From contig NC_069003.1 of the NCBI RefSeq assembly GCF_001194135.2, positions 28,419,639 to 28,483,638 on the forward strand: a stretch of 64,000 nt of DNA. Reading direction: 5' to 3'. The first letter of the stretch is position 1, and each line of letters starts with the position of its first letter. This document shows, piece after piece, positions 1 to 12,131 of this stretch. Made by a program: the position numbers and the translations under genes. This stretch comes from Octopus bimaculoides. Taxonomy: Eukaryota. The notes beneath the pieces were generated by a model, which was not told the origin of the DNA, made no database searches, and saw only the letters and a list, made by a program, of their open reading frames with translations.

Positions 1-739
1 AAATCCGAAATACCAAATGTTCCCTCTCTATTAATATACCGGAAACACTTCAACCCAATTCGATTTGAATAAGGAAAGCATGCTCATTAAATAATATAAA
101 CCACAGCTGAATATCCTTTAGAAATGCTAAAGAGAAAAAAGGTAAAAGACCCAATTTCTCCACAAGAAGAAACCAGCCAGTGACAACAGACATAATTCAA
201 AAAACCTTGGTAACAGTCTTTCTCCACAAAAACAACCAGATGCAAGGGACATAATTCAAAAAAACACTTTAGTATAGAAAAATTCAAAGGCTTCTCATAC
301 GACACGGACCCACATCTGTAGGTATGACAGCTATATAAATGGGAACGTGCGTGCTTGAGTGTGTGCGCGCGAGTATGTGAGTGTATGCAATATAAATTTC
401 TTGGAGCTTCGCAGCTCGTTCACACGAACTAAGAAAATAAGCAAAAAAAACAAAAAACAAAACAAAAACCCCGCCAAAGAGCAAAACAAAAACAAAAAAC
501 AACCCCGAAAAATCATAAGTTAGACACACACTCTGAAGAAGCTGAAAGGCGAACGTCCGATATATGCATTAGTTTGTTGAAACAAATAACATTATTATAT
601 GTTTCGTAATATGATCTGTTTCGACATCAAGCTGAAGCAATTTGAAATAACAATATAGTTAATGTATTTAAAAAAAAGATATTGATATCACGACTTTCAG
701 TTTCACCTTAAAAACAGGGTCATTGTTTGCCTTTTCAAA

Positions 740-963
740 GTAAACCAATATTATCAGTATTGCAGTGATGATGACGTAATATCTACTGCCGATGACTTGT
801 GTGACCAACAAGAGAAAGCTTCTTAGCCAATGGAATACAGCATGGATAGAAGAAGTGTGTAGACCTCAAGGGGTGTTATGTTGGAAAATAAACCTCATTT
901 GGTCACATTCCATGAGAGTATCTTGGTTAGTCTATCAACTCTTCAGCCGATCCCCCCTATGTA
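740..963 (+). mobile_element. Mariner transposon 3' end (degenerate transposase C-terminus plus right TIR)
   Basis: Decayed QY.SDDDVIS...KKC.D..G.YVEK-type coding remnant, then aaacctcatttggtcacattccatgagagtatcttgg and TIR-like cttcagccgatcccc..ta; the same family recurs at 27378-27598 and 62251-62427. Confidence 0.8.
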
Positions 964-1469
964 AAGAATGGAAATAGAATCAATCTACCCTCTAAAGTAG
1001 TCATCAATGTGAATTAATTACGTTGGTCAGGCAAGAATGTCTCCCCTGATTACAATTTGCTCAACTTTGTGATCAATAATCCAGATTAACCATATACTTT
1101 TGATACTATTATCCCGTTGCCTTTTGCGATAATCTGCTCCTAAAGTCGGTGTTTACTAGTAGCTAGGTAAAATAGTCAAGTAATAAGTATTTTATTTTAT
1201 TATTGGTATCATTACATTGTATGACATCATAACTATAATCAGCGCGTCATTCTGTGGCCCACTACAAGCCCTTCATTATCAGAGGAAGGATGAAGGAAGA
1301 AAACGTGATTATTGTAGATAGCAGCACGTCAAAAAATTAAAATATTCTTAGACCGGTTTCAAATTCTTGCCAAAGAGAGGATTTTGCTGGAAACAGTGAT
1401 AGGCCAGGAAACGGTGCTAAGCCGGGTGACAGCTGAAGCCTGTCAGCACCCAATTACAATTATGGTCCA

Positions 1470-1630
1470 TCCAATGAACTTTCCCATAGCTTCCGTCTCC
1501 TAGTTGTATTCGGAAAGGTTAGGTTGATTCGAGGTTACTGGAGAAGACACATCCATAAGGTGCCTCATCTTGGAATCGAACCCTGATAACATAACGGCAA
1601 AGCAAAATTCTTAATAACAAAGCCATATTT
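1470..1630 (-). mobile_element. Highly decayed tRNA-SINE (family A) fragment
   Basis: agaagacacatccataaggtgcc...ggaatcgaaccc...ttcttaataacaaagcc resembles the reverse complement of the family A head seen intact at 24548-24700. Confidence 0.5.
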
Positions 1631-3178
1631 AGATGATGCTTATGTGAGACGAACGGACAAGAAATAGCAGTCAAATATCCCTGAAATCGCACACTGCTGT
1701 CTTAAATAATAATAAAGAGAAACATTTGTTTATGTAGTTCTATATATATTTCACAGTCGAAAAGGGTTCGGCAAGAATGCCCTAATGGTCTACTCGATCA
1801 TGACTGCCCGACAACAACATCTACAAGAACGTTTCATAAAATGAACCAATGAAGGCGCTTCTAGGGGATCGATCTGATTAAATAGCAGTAAAATTTCTGT
1901 CAAATCGTCTTTAAATAAAGAACAGCCAGATAAGATATAATCTGAGACTATTTTCGGAAAGATGAAATAGTCACAGCTCGGATATCTTATATTATAAACT
2001 AGTTGGTATTAAGTGACCATGGACTAAACAAAGACAGGGTATAAAACGACAGTTTGGGTAATGACGTATGAGCTACATCATTCTTGGAGAAAAAGTGTTA
2101 AGATCGTGGTTGGAATAGCCATTACCCATACGTTCTTCTATTCTTAAAGTGCCAACTTGTAAGTAAATAGTAACATCAACAACACTAACAGAAACATCAT
2201 AAATTCATATATTTTAGAATTTTAGAAACTGTTCTAATATTATTCTTATAAATTCTCCGTTTCATTCCTTTCAAACAGATTGAGATTTCCTGGAGACTAA
2301 ATTCTTGGTCAACCGTCTGTTGTGCCTAACATGAAGAAACAAAGTTTTTTTTTCTTTAAAAAAGCCTAATTTAACTGACAAACCAAATCTTTTTTATTAA
2401 GTATGAAGTAAATACCATTCTGTTCGTTCTGACAGTTTTTTGTTGTTGTTGTTTTTGTCATTTTATTAATTGTATTTTAGCTTCAGGTTATTCAACTTCA
2501 TTCTGATTATAAGCACAGTTCCAGAATCAAAACGACATTTTATGAGAATAGTCCTTTGAATAAACAATGTGTTACTAAGTAAGCAATTAAAAAAATGTCC
2601 CATTATAATAAAATATTGACTTGTGTTTTCATTTCATTTACAAATTATAAAATAAATAAATTGTAGTCAAAAGAAAAAGTAGACTTCTTTTTATTAAACT
2701 GATGAATGCATTCAATAGAAGATTTTAAGGCGTACGTCTTATATGAAAGTTCTTAATAGTTCCCATACTCCGCCACAACCAACTACATCTCCTCTACAAG
2801 AAAAGAAACATGACTGTCATATATTGTTGTTTGGGGAGAGGTTGCTGTCCAGATAATTAGGAAGGAAGAAAAAAGTGTCAAACATTTGGTGAAATTATTC
2901 TGTCCCTTTTTTTTGCTAAGCAGGAGGAAGAGAAATGTGTTTACTCAAAAAAATATATACATTCCCTGCAAACGATATTTGGGAAAGGCATTACCCCCAC
3001 CCCAAATATGCACATACACAGGCACGCACAATGACACAATGAGAATGGCATATACCAAAAGAAAAAAACGCGCAGATATACACACATATATATACAAAGT
3101 GTCCACGACAGTAAGTTTGCGCAAAGGCACTCAGACTTGTATGCTTAAGTGACACAGGCACATAAACACACAAGCATG

Positions 3179-3209
<31 letters not shown>

Positions 3210-4265
3210 CCACTCAGACAGAGAGACACACACACACTCCCACACTCACACACTCCCACACTCACACAAAACACTCCCACGCACACACACAGATGCACAC
3301 ATACATACACACACATACGCCCACATACGTACACACCCTCTCACACACACACACACACCACAAAGACGATCAAAACAACACATACACACTCAGACAAAGA
3401 GATATACGCACAGTCTCACGTACACACACCTAACATCCCCACCGACACAAAAAACACTCAAACACNNNNNNNNNNNNNNNNNNNNNNNNNNNNNNNNNNN
3501 NNNNNNNNNNNNNNNNNNNNNNNNNNNNNNNNNNNNNNNNNNNNNNNNNNNNNNNNNNNNNNNNNNNNNNNNNNNNNNNNNNNNNNNNNNNNNNNNNNNN
3601 NNNNNNNNNNNNNNNNNNNNNNNNNNNNNNNNNNNNNNNNNNNNNNNNNNNNNNNNNNNNNNNNNNNNNNNNNNNNNNNNNNNNNNNNNNNNNNNNNNNN
3701 NNNNNNNNNNNNNNNNNNNNNNNNNNNNNNNNNNNNNNNNNNNNNNNNNNNNNNNNNNNNNNNNNNNNNNNNNNNNNNNNNNNNNNNNNNNNNNNNNNNN
3801 NNNNNNNNNNNNNNNNNNNNNNNNNNNNNNNNNNNNNNNNNNNNNNNNNNNNNNNNNNNNNNNNNNNNNNNNNNNNNNNNNNNNNNNNNNNNNNNNNNNN
3901 NNNNNNNNNNNNNNNNNNNNNNNNNNNNNNNNNNNNNNNNNNNNNNNNNNNNNNNNNNNNNNNNNNNAATATGTATATGTATATGTATTTTTTCCATATG
4001 TGTATTTTCATACACTGTTTTTAACACTATTTTTAACAATTTCACCTTAATATGACAATCAGTATGTAACACTACAAAGTTCATACAAAGCTTTATACTT
4101 TAAATATATTTTATCATCAAAGAATGTATATATGCATTTTAATACTCAGACTGTTTTTTAACATTTTTTATTATTCTCAAAGACTTTTGATAATCTTTTT
4201 CTAAAAAAGTGAAACCGGTTAAGTAAATAAATATTTTTTAAAAATAAGTGCATTTTCAAACTTTC

Positions 4266-4301
<36 letters not shown>

Positions 4302-4498
4302 TCCCTGCAAACGATATTTGGGAAAGGCATTACACCCTCAAATGTTTCTCTTTATTATTATTTAAGATAGCAGTGTGCGATTTTAGGGATATTTGACTGC
4401 TATTTCTTGTCCTTTCGTCTCACATCATATATATATATGCTTGAGTGTGTGTATGTGTGTGCGTGCACGTGTGTGTGTGTGAGCGTGCGCGTGCGTGC

Positions 4499-5350
4499 AC
4501 GAATATCCCGCCTTACCAGAATAATCAGTTTTTGAAAAATTACGAGTAACGCAAAATCCCGTAACGCGAAATTAACTTTCACATTGCTTTTCTTGCTGTA
4601 AAGTAATAGATTCAGATGGTTATTTTCGAGAACTCCTCCCCACGACCCCACCAAAAACATGACCACTTTTATGTATGAAAACAACAATTTCGAAACATAC
4701 ATAATACAATATGGATATGTTAAAATATTTTAAGTGAAATACGTTAGGAAATAAATAGGAATCGTAATATCGTAGAAGAATACTTTATTTACCACAAAAG
4801 ATTTTGACTACTGTCTGAAGGGTGGTGGAATGAGAATTACTGGGAGTTTGGAAAACGCTGTCTTTTATCTTATAGTCCATCATCATTAATATTCATTTGT
4901 TGGGAGCGAAGTACTTATTCAAAATTGTTTGATGTTTAATGTGCATCATCACTTTAGCGCTAAGTTTAGGAATGCAGGAACTGAAGTCATTATAGACTCG
5001 TCTTGTAATCATTATGCTACGTTCAAGATTCGGTTGTTTGCTGCAAAAACTTGCAGACCTTCCTCTATATCTGTCAGTCTTTTAGTAATATTGTTGGCAT
5101 TAAATTAAAGTTGAGCGGGCAAAATTTGCGTCTGTATTTTCGGTATTTCGCTCCCTGTTAAATAAACAATCTCTATGGAACACTAGGAATTCATTCACAT
5201 CGTTCTGTATGACTTCTTGAAATTCTACCTTATTTACATGTGTTACAATATCTTTTCGAATTTGATGTAGACTTGAAGCTTGCGGAAAAAATAAATGGCT
5301 GGTCTCATATTTTTCCAAAGTATATTCAAATTTGAAGATTTCACTTCAAC
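4499..5350 (-). mobile_element. pogo/Tigger-like DNA transposon, 3' part (transposase pseudogene C-terminus plus degenerate TIR)
   Basis: Minus strand gives DIVTHVNKVEFQEVIQNDVNEFL and KRLTDIEEGLQVFAANNPNLERSIMITRRVYND...QTILNKYF, matching the TIGD1/Tigger C-terminal pattern; TIR-like ttcgcgttacggg...gcgggatattc near 4500-4570. Confidence 0.7.
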
Positions 5351-5399
5351 CCGTATGTATATATATATATACATACACACACATTTGTTATTAACTGTC

Positions 5400-6267
5400 G
5401 GAGAAAAGATTACTCACTACATTGGTAAAGATTATTGAACTTTTGTTTACGTCGAGTCGACCTCTTGTAACTCTGATTGCAACCTGTAGGGTTACAAGAT
5501 CTTCAGGCAAGTTGTCATAACTTCTATACCGGTAAATTCGGCTGAGTAGACCAAAATAGAGTGGAGAGTTTTCGTGGTTTGAGTCGAAGTGATAAAGGAT
5601 GAAGTGTGGCCAGATTTTTATGATCAAGAAACGTAAGCTCAGTCCTTGTAAAGGCATCATCTCCTTCTCCAAGACCTAAAAAGTTCATATGTGAGAGTTG
5701 GGCACAGAGTGTAATGGAACTGTCTTTTGGGATGAAAAGAGCACTCTCTTTGATTTTCTGGAATATGACTGTACCGTTAACAGCGAGCAGTACACCGAGT
5801 CACTCAAATTGCTTGAAGAAGCCAATAAGAGCAAAAGATTCTGAAAACACTCCACATTCACTATGAAAATGCATAACCAGACACATCTTCTGTAATAAAT
5901 TAGGCGATTGGCAAAGTGGAGATCAGTGGTCTCCCAACCAGTGTATAACTTAGATTTGACGCCTTTCGATTTTAACCTGTACAGTCAAATGAAACAAATC
6001 TTCAGGGACAACATTTTGATGACACAGGAAAGATTGAAAGTGACTGTCAAGAAGTGGGCACAAAAGTGCACACTAGAATATTTTTAAAGAAAATTCGACA
6101 GCTGGGTTAAATGATGGCGCAAACATAACGTTTATAACGGAAACAATGTGAGGTTGTATCTGTGTTCAAAGGAATAGTACTTTACCAGCATATGCAATTT
6201 GAACGACCGATGTCAGTTTATACAAAAATTAAGCTCACTTTTCCACTACTTTCGGAGGAATGCACGT
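5400..6267 (+). mobile_element. Mariner transposase pseudogene (catalytic DD34D region)
   Basis: With stops and frameshifts the plus strand gives KDEVW.FYDQET.AQSL, TVFWDEK...DFLEYDCTVNSEQYTESL, a HYENA.P (HDNARPH-like) motif, a decayed PPYSPDLAPSDF-like stretch and GQHFDD. Confidence 0.8.
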
Positions 6268-6774
6268 GTGTACATATACAAAAATACACACACGTACATA
6301 CATGCATGCATGCTTACACATACATTTATTCTGAAATACATTCATACATACATTCATATATAAATACACATACACACATATATATGCATGCTCTCCTCAT
6401 AAAAATGAGTTGGAAGCAGCTGTTGGGGATAATATTTTCAAACAAAAAGTTGTTGATGGTAAACATCAAATTAAGCGAAGTAAATAAATACTCGAAATAA
6501 GAATATTGTTAAAGAAGCAGAATAAAATGATAGATTTTGATAGACATTTACGTATGTATATAATGTTGGATCTTTGTGTATGCGTAAATCTATATACATG
6601 TATATATATATGGGATTTCACCCTATATACATATATTACCATATAATCGTCTTCGTACATACATACATACATACATACATACATACATGCATAAATACAT
6701 ATACATACATACTCATATATGCATATGTGTGTGTTTGTTGTGCTTGTATGCATGTATGTATGTGTGCCCCTTTT

Positions 6775-7135
6775 CGGTTTTAACAAAGGGGAGAAATTAC
6801 TCTTAGAGGAGTGTCATTGTTTGTCTACTCCGTCCGCTCCTCTCTTCTTCCTGATATTTTCCTCTTTTTCTTTTTATTCTTCCTTTTCCGTTTCTTCTAT
6901 CTAAGCTAAACTTTAGAAACTCTCTGTATATAAACTTTGTTATTCTTATTGTGCTTCGACACTCCCTCTCACGTTCCCGTCTTTTCCCAACGGTTTATCC
7001 GTCTCGCGTTTGCTGACTTTGCGACAAGCTACTTTTACGTTAGATACTTTTGTATTTTCGCGCCTTTTTGAATATTTCAGGAAGCTTCTCTTTGATTCAT
7101 TCTATGTTTCCTTTGACACGCTGCCTCAGGAAAAT
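6775..7135 (-). mobile_element. Possible Penelope-like terminal-repeat remnant with decayed HHR-like core
   Basis: Minus strand has CTGAGGCA-GCG...CGC-GAAA (7050-7130) in a pyrimidine/purine-skewed block of the type that borders PLE ends; similarity is weak. Confidence 0.35.
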
Positions 7136-7349
7136 CACTGCTAGCTCTCACTGCGCACGCAACCGTCTGCTGCTATCTGTTTGACCGCTACAGAACTAGT
7201 CCTCTCTACTGATCCTTGCCAGAAAAATGTGAGTTCAAACAATCATGTGTCTCCAGTATATCGTTGTCCACAAAGAATTGCTTCTATCTACCGTCGAGTT
7301 CTTTCCTATCTGAGGAACTCAACAAAAATCAGATAAACTCTAGATCAAC

Positions 7350-7500
7350 CGAAACACAAATCAGCAGATCCACTCACAATGCTTTGATAGACTCGAGGCT
7401 ATAACAGAAGACACTTGTCAAAGGTACCACGTTGTGGGACTGAGCACAGAACCATAAAGTTGGGAAGCAAACATTTTACTGCACAGCCATACCACACAGC
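7350..7500 (-). mobile_element. tRNA-SINE family A, head fragment
   Basis: atccactcacaatgctttg...gaggctataacagaagacacttg..aaggtaccacg..gtgggactga...cacagcca is the reverse complement of the family A head. Confidence 0.8.
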
Positions 7501-7504
7501 TATA

Positions 7505-7590
7505 CAGCTGTGTCGTAAGAAGTTTGCTCTCCAACTAAATGGTTCCGAGTTCAGTCACATTGCGTGGCACCTTGGAAGAATGACTTCTAC
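7505..7590 (+). mobile_element. tRNA-SINE family A, head fragment (head-to-head with the previous copy)
   Basis: ctgtgtcgtaagaagtttgct...ggttccgagttcagtc..tgcgtggcaccttgg, ending in (TA)n. Confidence 0.75.
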
Positions 7591-7792
7591 TATATATATA
7601 TATATATATATATATNNNNNNNNNNNNNNNNNNNNNNNNNNNNNNNNNNNNNNNNNNNNNNNNNNNNNNNNNNNNNNNNNNNNNNNNNNNNNNNNNNNNN
7701 NNNNNNNNNNNNNNNNNNNNNNNNNNNNNNNNNNNNNNNNNNNNNNNNNNNNNNNNNNNNNNNNNNNNNNNNNNNNNNNNNNNNNNNNNNNN

Positions 7793-7826
<34 letters not shown>

Positions 7827-8360
7827 GACTTTGAACGTACACATCTTAGTTTTATGTATGTTTGTAGTTATGTCATTTGCAATCTCACAGACGTCTCTAT
7901 GTGTATTTCTCAGTATTCCTTTACCGTAATGACCTCTAAAGATGTATGGCAGCTGACACCATATCCTGCCCATTCAGCATTCCAATTTCGTGTGACGGGT
8001 GACAGGTAGTGTCAATCATTTCCTCTTTAGATTTTCCTTTCATTTGATACTTTAAACAAACATCATTACTGCTAAGTACTACGGAATCAAAAAGCATATA
8101 AATCCTTCAGTCTTCAAGCAGAACGTTAGTATCCTCCTCATCATTGTCTTAAGAATTTATCGTCTCAAACTTATACATGCAATGAGTAACACAACATATT
8201 TACCGCATATTCTGACTCATCATCTTCATTACCCGAACTCCATCAGCTGTCCAGAAATCGAGTAATTGTGTTGATCTTGGCGAGTTCGCATCTCTTGGAA
8301 CATTGTAGTTAATGTGCAACGTTACGTTTATATCTTGAACATTCATATGTGTGTGTAGGC

Positions 8361-8418
<58 letters not shown>

Positions 8419-8511
8419 TTATCTGTCTGTCTGTCTGTCTGTCTGTCTGCCTGTCTGCCTGTCTGCCTGCCTGTCTGCCTGCCTGCCTGTCTGCCTGCCT
8501 GACTATCTATC
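8361..8511. repeat. Compound tetranucleotide microsatellite (ATCT)n-(GTCT)n-(GCCT)n
   Basis: Directly visible; the unit shifts stepwise along the array. Confidence 0.95.
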
Positions 8512-8659
8512 TGCCATTTCGTTTCTCTATCCTTCTCCATCATCTCTCACCAAGTTTTCCTTTCCTACTACTTTCCGTCTACGGGAAAATCGACAAAAGG
8601 CAGCACTAAGGTATAACCGAGGGGCAACGCTTCATATCTCTCTCTCTATATATATATGT

Positions 8660-8696
<37 letters not shown>

Positions 8697-9929
8697 AACA
8701 AAATTGACGGGGTATATAAAAAAATCCTTTCCACGAAAAATTTGTTTTAAGTGCATATCCAAAATACAAATCGTAAAGACACTTTTATTAATGCAGAGCA
8801 CAATAATGGACAATCAATAGAATATATGAGCAGTATACTATAATACATTAGCAAAAACAAAACTTTCCAACTATGGCTACCACGTTTTTCATAGAATCAA
8901 TATTTTTTACAAAATTTCTAATTGTGATAATTAGTAAAAACGAAAGCGTTTCCCAGCAAGAGCTGAACTCAATGAAATCTTATCTGCCTCAGTGTTACCA
9001 GTAGGAGTGATCAAAAGTTATGAAGATGCTGAGGAAGGTTTTTTTTCCTTCCGGGCAGAAGCTACCAGCAGTAATAACATCCTGTAGTTCAGTGGCGATG
9101 GGGGAAACAGACTAAAGAAAGGTGAGAAACTATCGGGGACAAAAATGGGGTCAAAAGTCGAAAACGGGAGTGAGCTTAGACATAGGCCTTACAAGCAGCG
9201 TTCGCACGAAAAGGCAACCGATCTCTGTATTGCTTGGGCCTCACAGTTGTGAACAAGTAACTGATGGAAAATAAGTAACAAATAACTTATGGAAACTCTG
9301 TATGAGCAGAAGAATGAGGAAGAGTTGGAGAAGGACATATGTAAGATTATATTTTAAAAAAGAAATGACAATTTTTTGTAAAAATAAACACCATAAGTTT
9401 AAATTTAGCTAACGAACCACGCCCTACAGGATACAGGGGACTTCATGGCTTACACGGTCTCAAAGATGCTTACTGGAAAATTCGGAGGGTTTCAGTTGGC
9501 AGAAAATGATCGAGGAGATAAGTGGAGATGATAAGGAGCGGCATGATACCAAATAGGCGGAGGATCTTAACCTTTGTGTGGGCGAATTTCTTGTTTTGGT
9601 ATATGCTTTCTGTATTAATTGCTTACCCTCCAAAAGTTGTTATATGATATACTTACCCCAAACCATGATCATGTATATTCAATACCGTATATTTTAAAGA
9701 CTCTTTTTGTATTGCCTAGCGTTTTGTAGTGTGTGAATCATTAATGTTAGAAAGCTGGATGTTTCTCGGCAAGTTATTGTAACAAACATGCAGATTAAAA
9801 GTAAATAATGATGATGGTGATAATAATAATAATAATAATAATAATAATAGTAATAGTAATAATAATGATAAAATGTACATAATGGCAAACACCTTTTATT
9901 GTCATCTTAACATCACACTATCATCTTAT

Positions 9930-10140
9930 AATTCAATTACTTTTAAAATAAACTTCTAATTTTCTTATGTTTTCAGACATTCTCTAGAACAATACTTTGT
10001 GCTAAACCAAAAATACGGTACTCTAGTCATAACACCAACTCGAACTTCTAACTTGTTGTCTCTCGAGGTTTGAAACTCAGAGTCATCTTGTACAAATACA
10101 AAGCAAAAGCCAAATATAATAATGATAATAATAATAATAG
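9930..10140 (+). mobile_element. R4/Dong-like RLE LINE 3' UTR with (AAT)n tail (copy 1)
   Basis: cataacacc...gaacttctaacttgttgtctctcgagg...cttgtacaaatacaaagcaaaagccaaatataataat is homologous to 10590-10700. Confidence 0.75.
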
Positions 10141-10709
10141 GCATGATAGAGCTGCACAATATATTCACTGGGTAATATGCAAAAACCTGGACTTGCCCCA
10201 TGATAAAAACAGGTGGGAACACAAACCACCCCCAGTACTTGAAAATGATCACATTGCACTCCTCTGGAACTTCACCATTCAAACTGACAGAAAGATAGAC
10301 GCAAATAGGCCAGACATCATACTGAAAGACTTCAAACAAAAATCATGCCTCCTCATTGATATGACTGTCCCAATCGATATAAACGTATCTGTCAAGACCT
10401 ACCAAAAACTGAGCAAATATAAAGATCTTGAAATAGAAATTGGNNNNNNNNNNNNNNNNNNNNNNNNNNNNNNNNNNNNNNNNNNNNNNNNNNNNNNNNN
10501 NNNNNNNNNNNNNNNNNNNNNNNNNNNNNNNNNNNNNNNNNNNNNNNNNNNNNNNNNNNNNNNNNNNNNNNNNNNNNNNNNNNNNNNNTAGGCATAACAC
10601 CTACATGAACTTCTAACTTGTTGTCTCTTGAGGTCTCTGGGTGAGACTTGGATCCAACTTGTACAAATGCAAAACAAAAGTCAAACATAAAATAATAATA
10701 ATAATAATA

Positions 10710-10749
<40 letters not shown>

Positions 10750-10782
10750 TAATAATGATAATAATAATAATAATAATGATAA
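10141..10782 (+). mobile_element. 5'-truncated R4/Dong-like non-LTR retrotransposon (restriction-like endonuclease domain, 3' UTR, (AAT)n tail)
   Basis: Open frame HDRAAQYIHWVICK...WEHKPPPVLEND...LLWNFTIQTDRKIDANRPDII...LIDMTVPID...KLSKYKDLEIEI carries the RHD, RPD and D..KY motifs of the R4-clade RLE; a gap interrupts it at 10444-10588. Confidence 0.9.
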
Positions 10783-10940
10783 AAATCCTCGACATTTTTG
10801 CTCACTGTTCCCAGGGCTCCGACAATTATTGGTACTACTGCTACCTTTTTCATCGACCACAACTGTTTAACTTCCCAAGCTAACCTGTCATATCTCTCGA
10901 CTTTTCTTGATCCAGCATCGTTGCTTTCTTTCATAGCCAT
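10783..10940 (-). mobile_element. Inverted RLE fragment of a second R4-like family
   Basis: Minus frame RKVERYDRLAWEVKQLWSMKKVAVVPIIVGALGTVSK matches the RLE C-terminal K..Y..L...LW...V.VVPI.VGALG motif. Confidence 0.85.
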
Positions 10941-10944
10941 CTGT

Positions 10945-11270
10945 TGAGAGGAATTCTTTGGGGCTTAAATAATGCATCTATAGAAACATGTGTTTCATTA
11001 ATCATCCTTAAACAACCCTTGTTCAGGGACCTTTTGAGTCAACTGGGCTACTCGACCTGAAGAAGATTCTAACTGGACTCCACCTGCAAGGTCATGTGCA
11101 GTTTATCTTGATATGAAATCACCATGTCACGCACATATGGTTGTGATGCCTGTGCCTGGTGTATCCTCACCAGACGGGCAGTCATGATGGGTATACTGGG
11201 ATTCGTATATTCGTACCCCAGTGTCACTTTGATTGCATGTGCTGCTCTCTCACTCAATAATAATAATAAA
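10945..11270 (+). mobile_element. Probable LINE 3' UTR ending in (AAT)n
   Basis: Non-coding block ending ...gtgtcactttgattgcatgtgctgctctctcactc-aataataataat, directly after the inverted RLE piece; family assignment is inferred from context. Confidence 0.5.
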
Positions 11271-11271
11271 A

Positions 11272-11415
11272 ATAATTGTTGCTACTATAAACACAAGGCC
11301 TAAAATTTTAAGGGAGAGGCAAACGTCGATTACGTTGACCTCACTGCTCAACTGGTACTTTACGTTATCGACCCTGAAAGAATGAAAGGAGAAGTTGACT
11401 TCAGTGAAATTATTT
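11272..11415 (-). mobile_element. SINE family B (Nin/Deu-domain-like core), 3' half
   Basis: gtcgattacgttgacc..actgctcaactggtact...tcgaccctgaaagaatgaaagg..aagttgac is the reverse complement of the family B core. Confidence 0.8.
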
Positions 11416-11732
<317 letters not shown>

Positions 11733-12096
11733 NNNNNNNNNNNNNNNNNNNNNNNNNNNNNNNNNNNNNNNNNNNNNNNNNNNNNNNNNNNNNNNNNNNN
11801 NNNNNNNNNNNNNNNNNNNNNNNNNNNNNNNNNNNNNNNNNNNNNNNNNNNNNNNNNNNNNNNNNNNNNNNNNNNNNNNNNNNNNNNNNNNNNNNNNNNN
11901 NNNNNNNNNNNNNNNNNNNNNNNNNNNNNNNNNNNNNNNNNNNNNNNNNNNNNNNNNNNNNNNNNNNNNNNNNNNNNNNNNNNNNNNNNNNNNNNNNNNN
12001 NNNNNNNNNNNNNNNNNNNNNNNNNNNNNNNNNNNNNNNNNNNNNNNNNNNNNNNNNNNNNNNNNNNNNNNNNNNNNNNNNNNNNNNNNNNATATA

Positions 12097-12131
<35 letters not shown>

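Noticed and set aside
2279-2340. Plus-strand acceptor-like site followed by a short ORF and A/T-rich 3'-UTR-like sequence
   Set aside because: The frames are very short, there is no homology, and no supporting upstream plus-strand exons were found.
5391-5672. 93-aa minus-strand ORF (MEKEMMPLQG...)
   Set aside because: It is the antisense of the decayed mariner transposase on the plus strand.
8700-9700. Purine-rich ~1-kb block with short open frames
   Set aside because: I found no recognisable protein motif, TIR or TSD; it may be an old TE but I cannot support a call.
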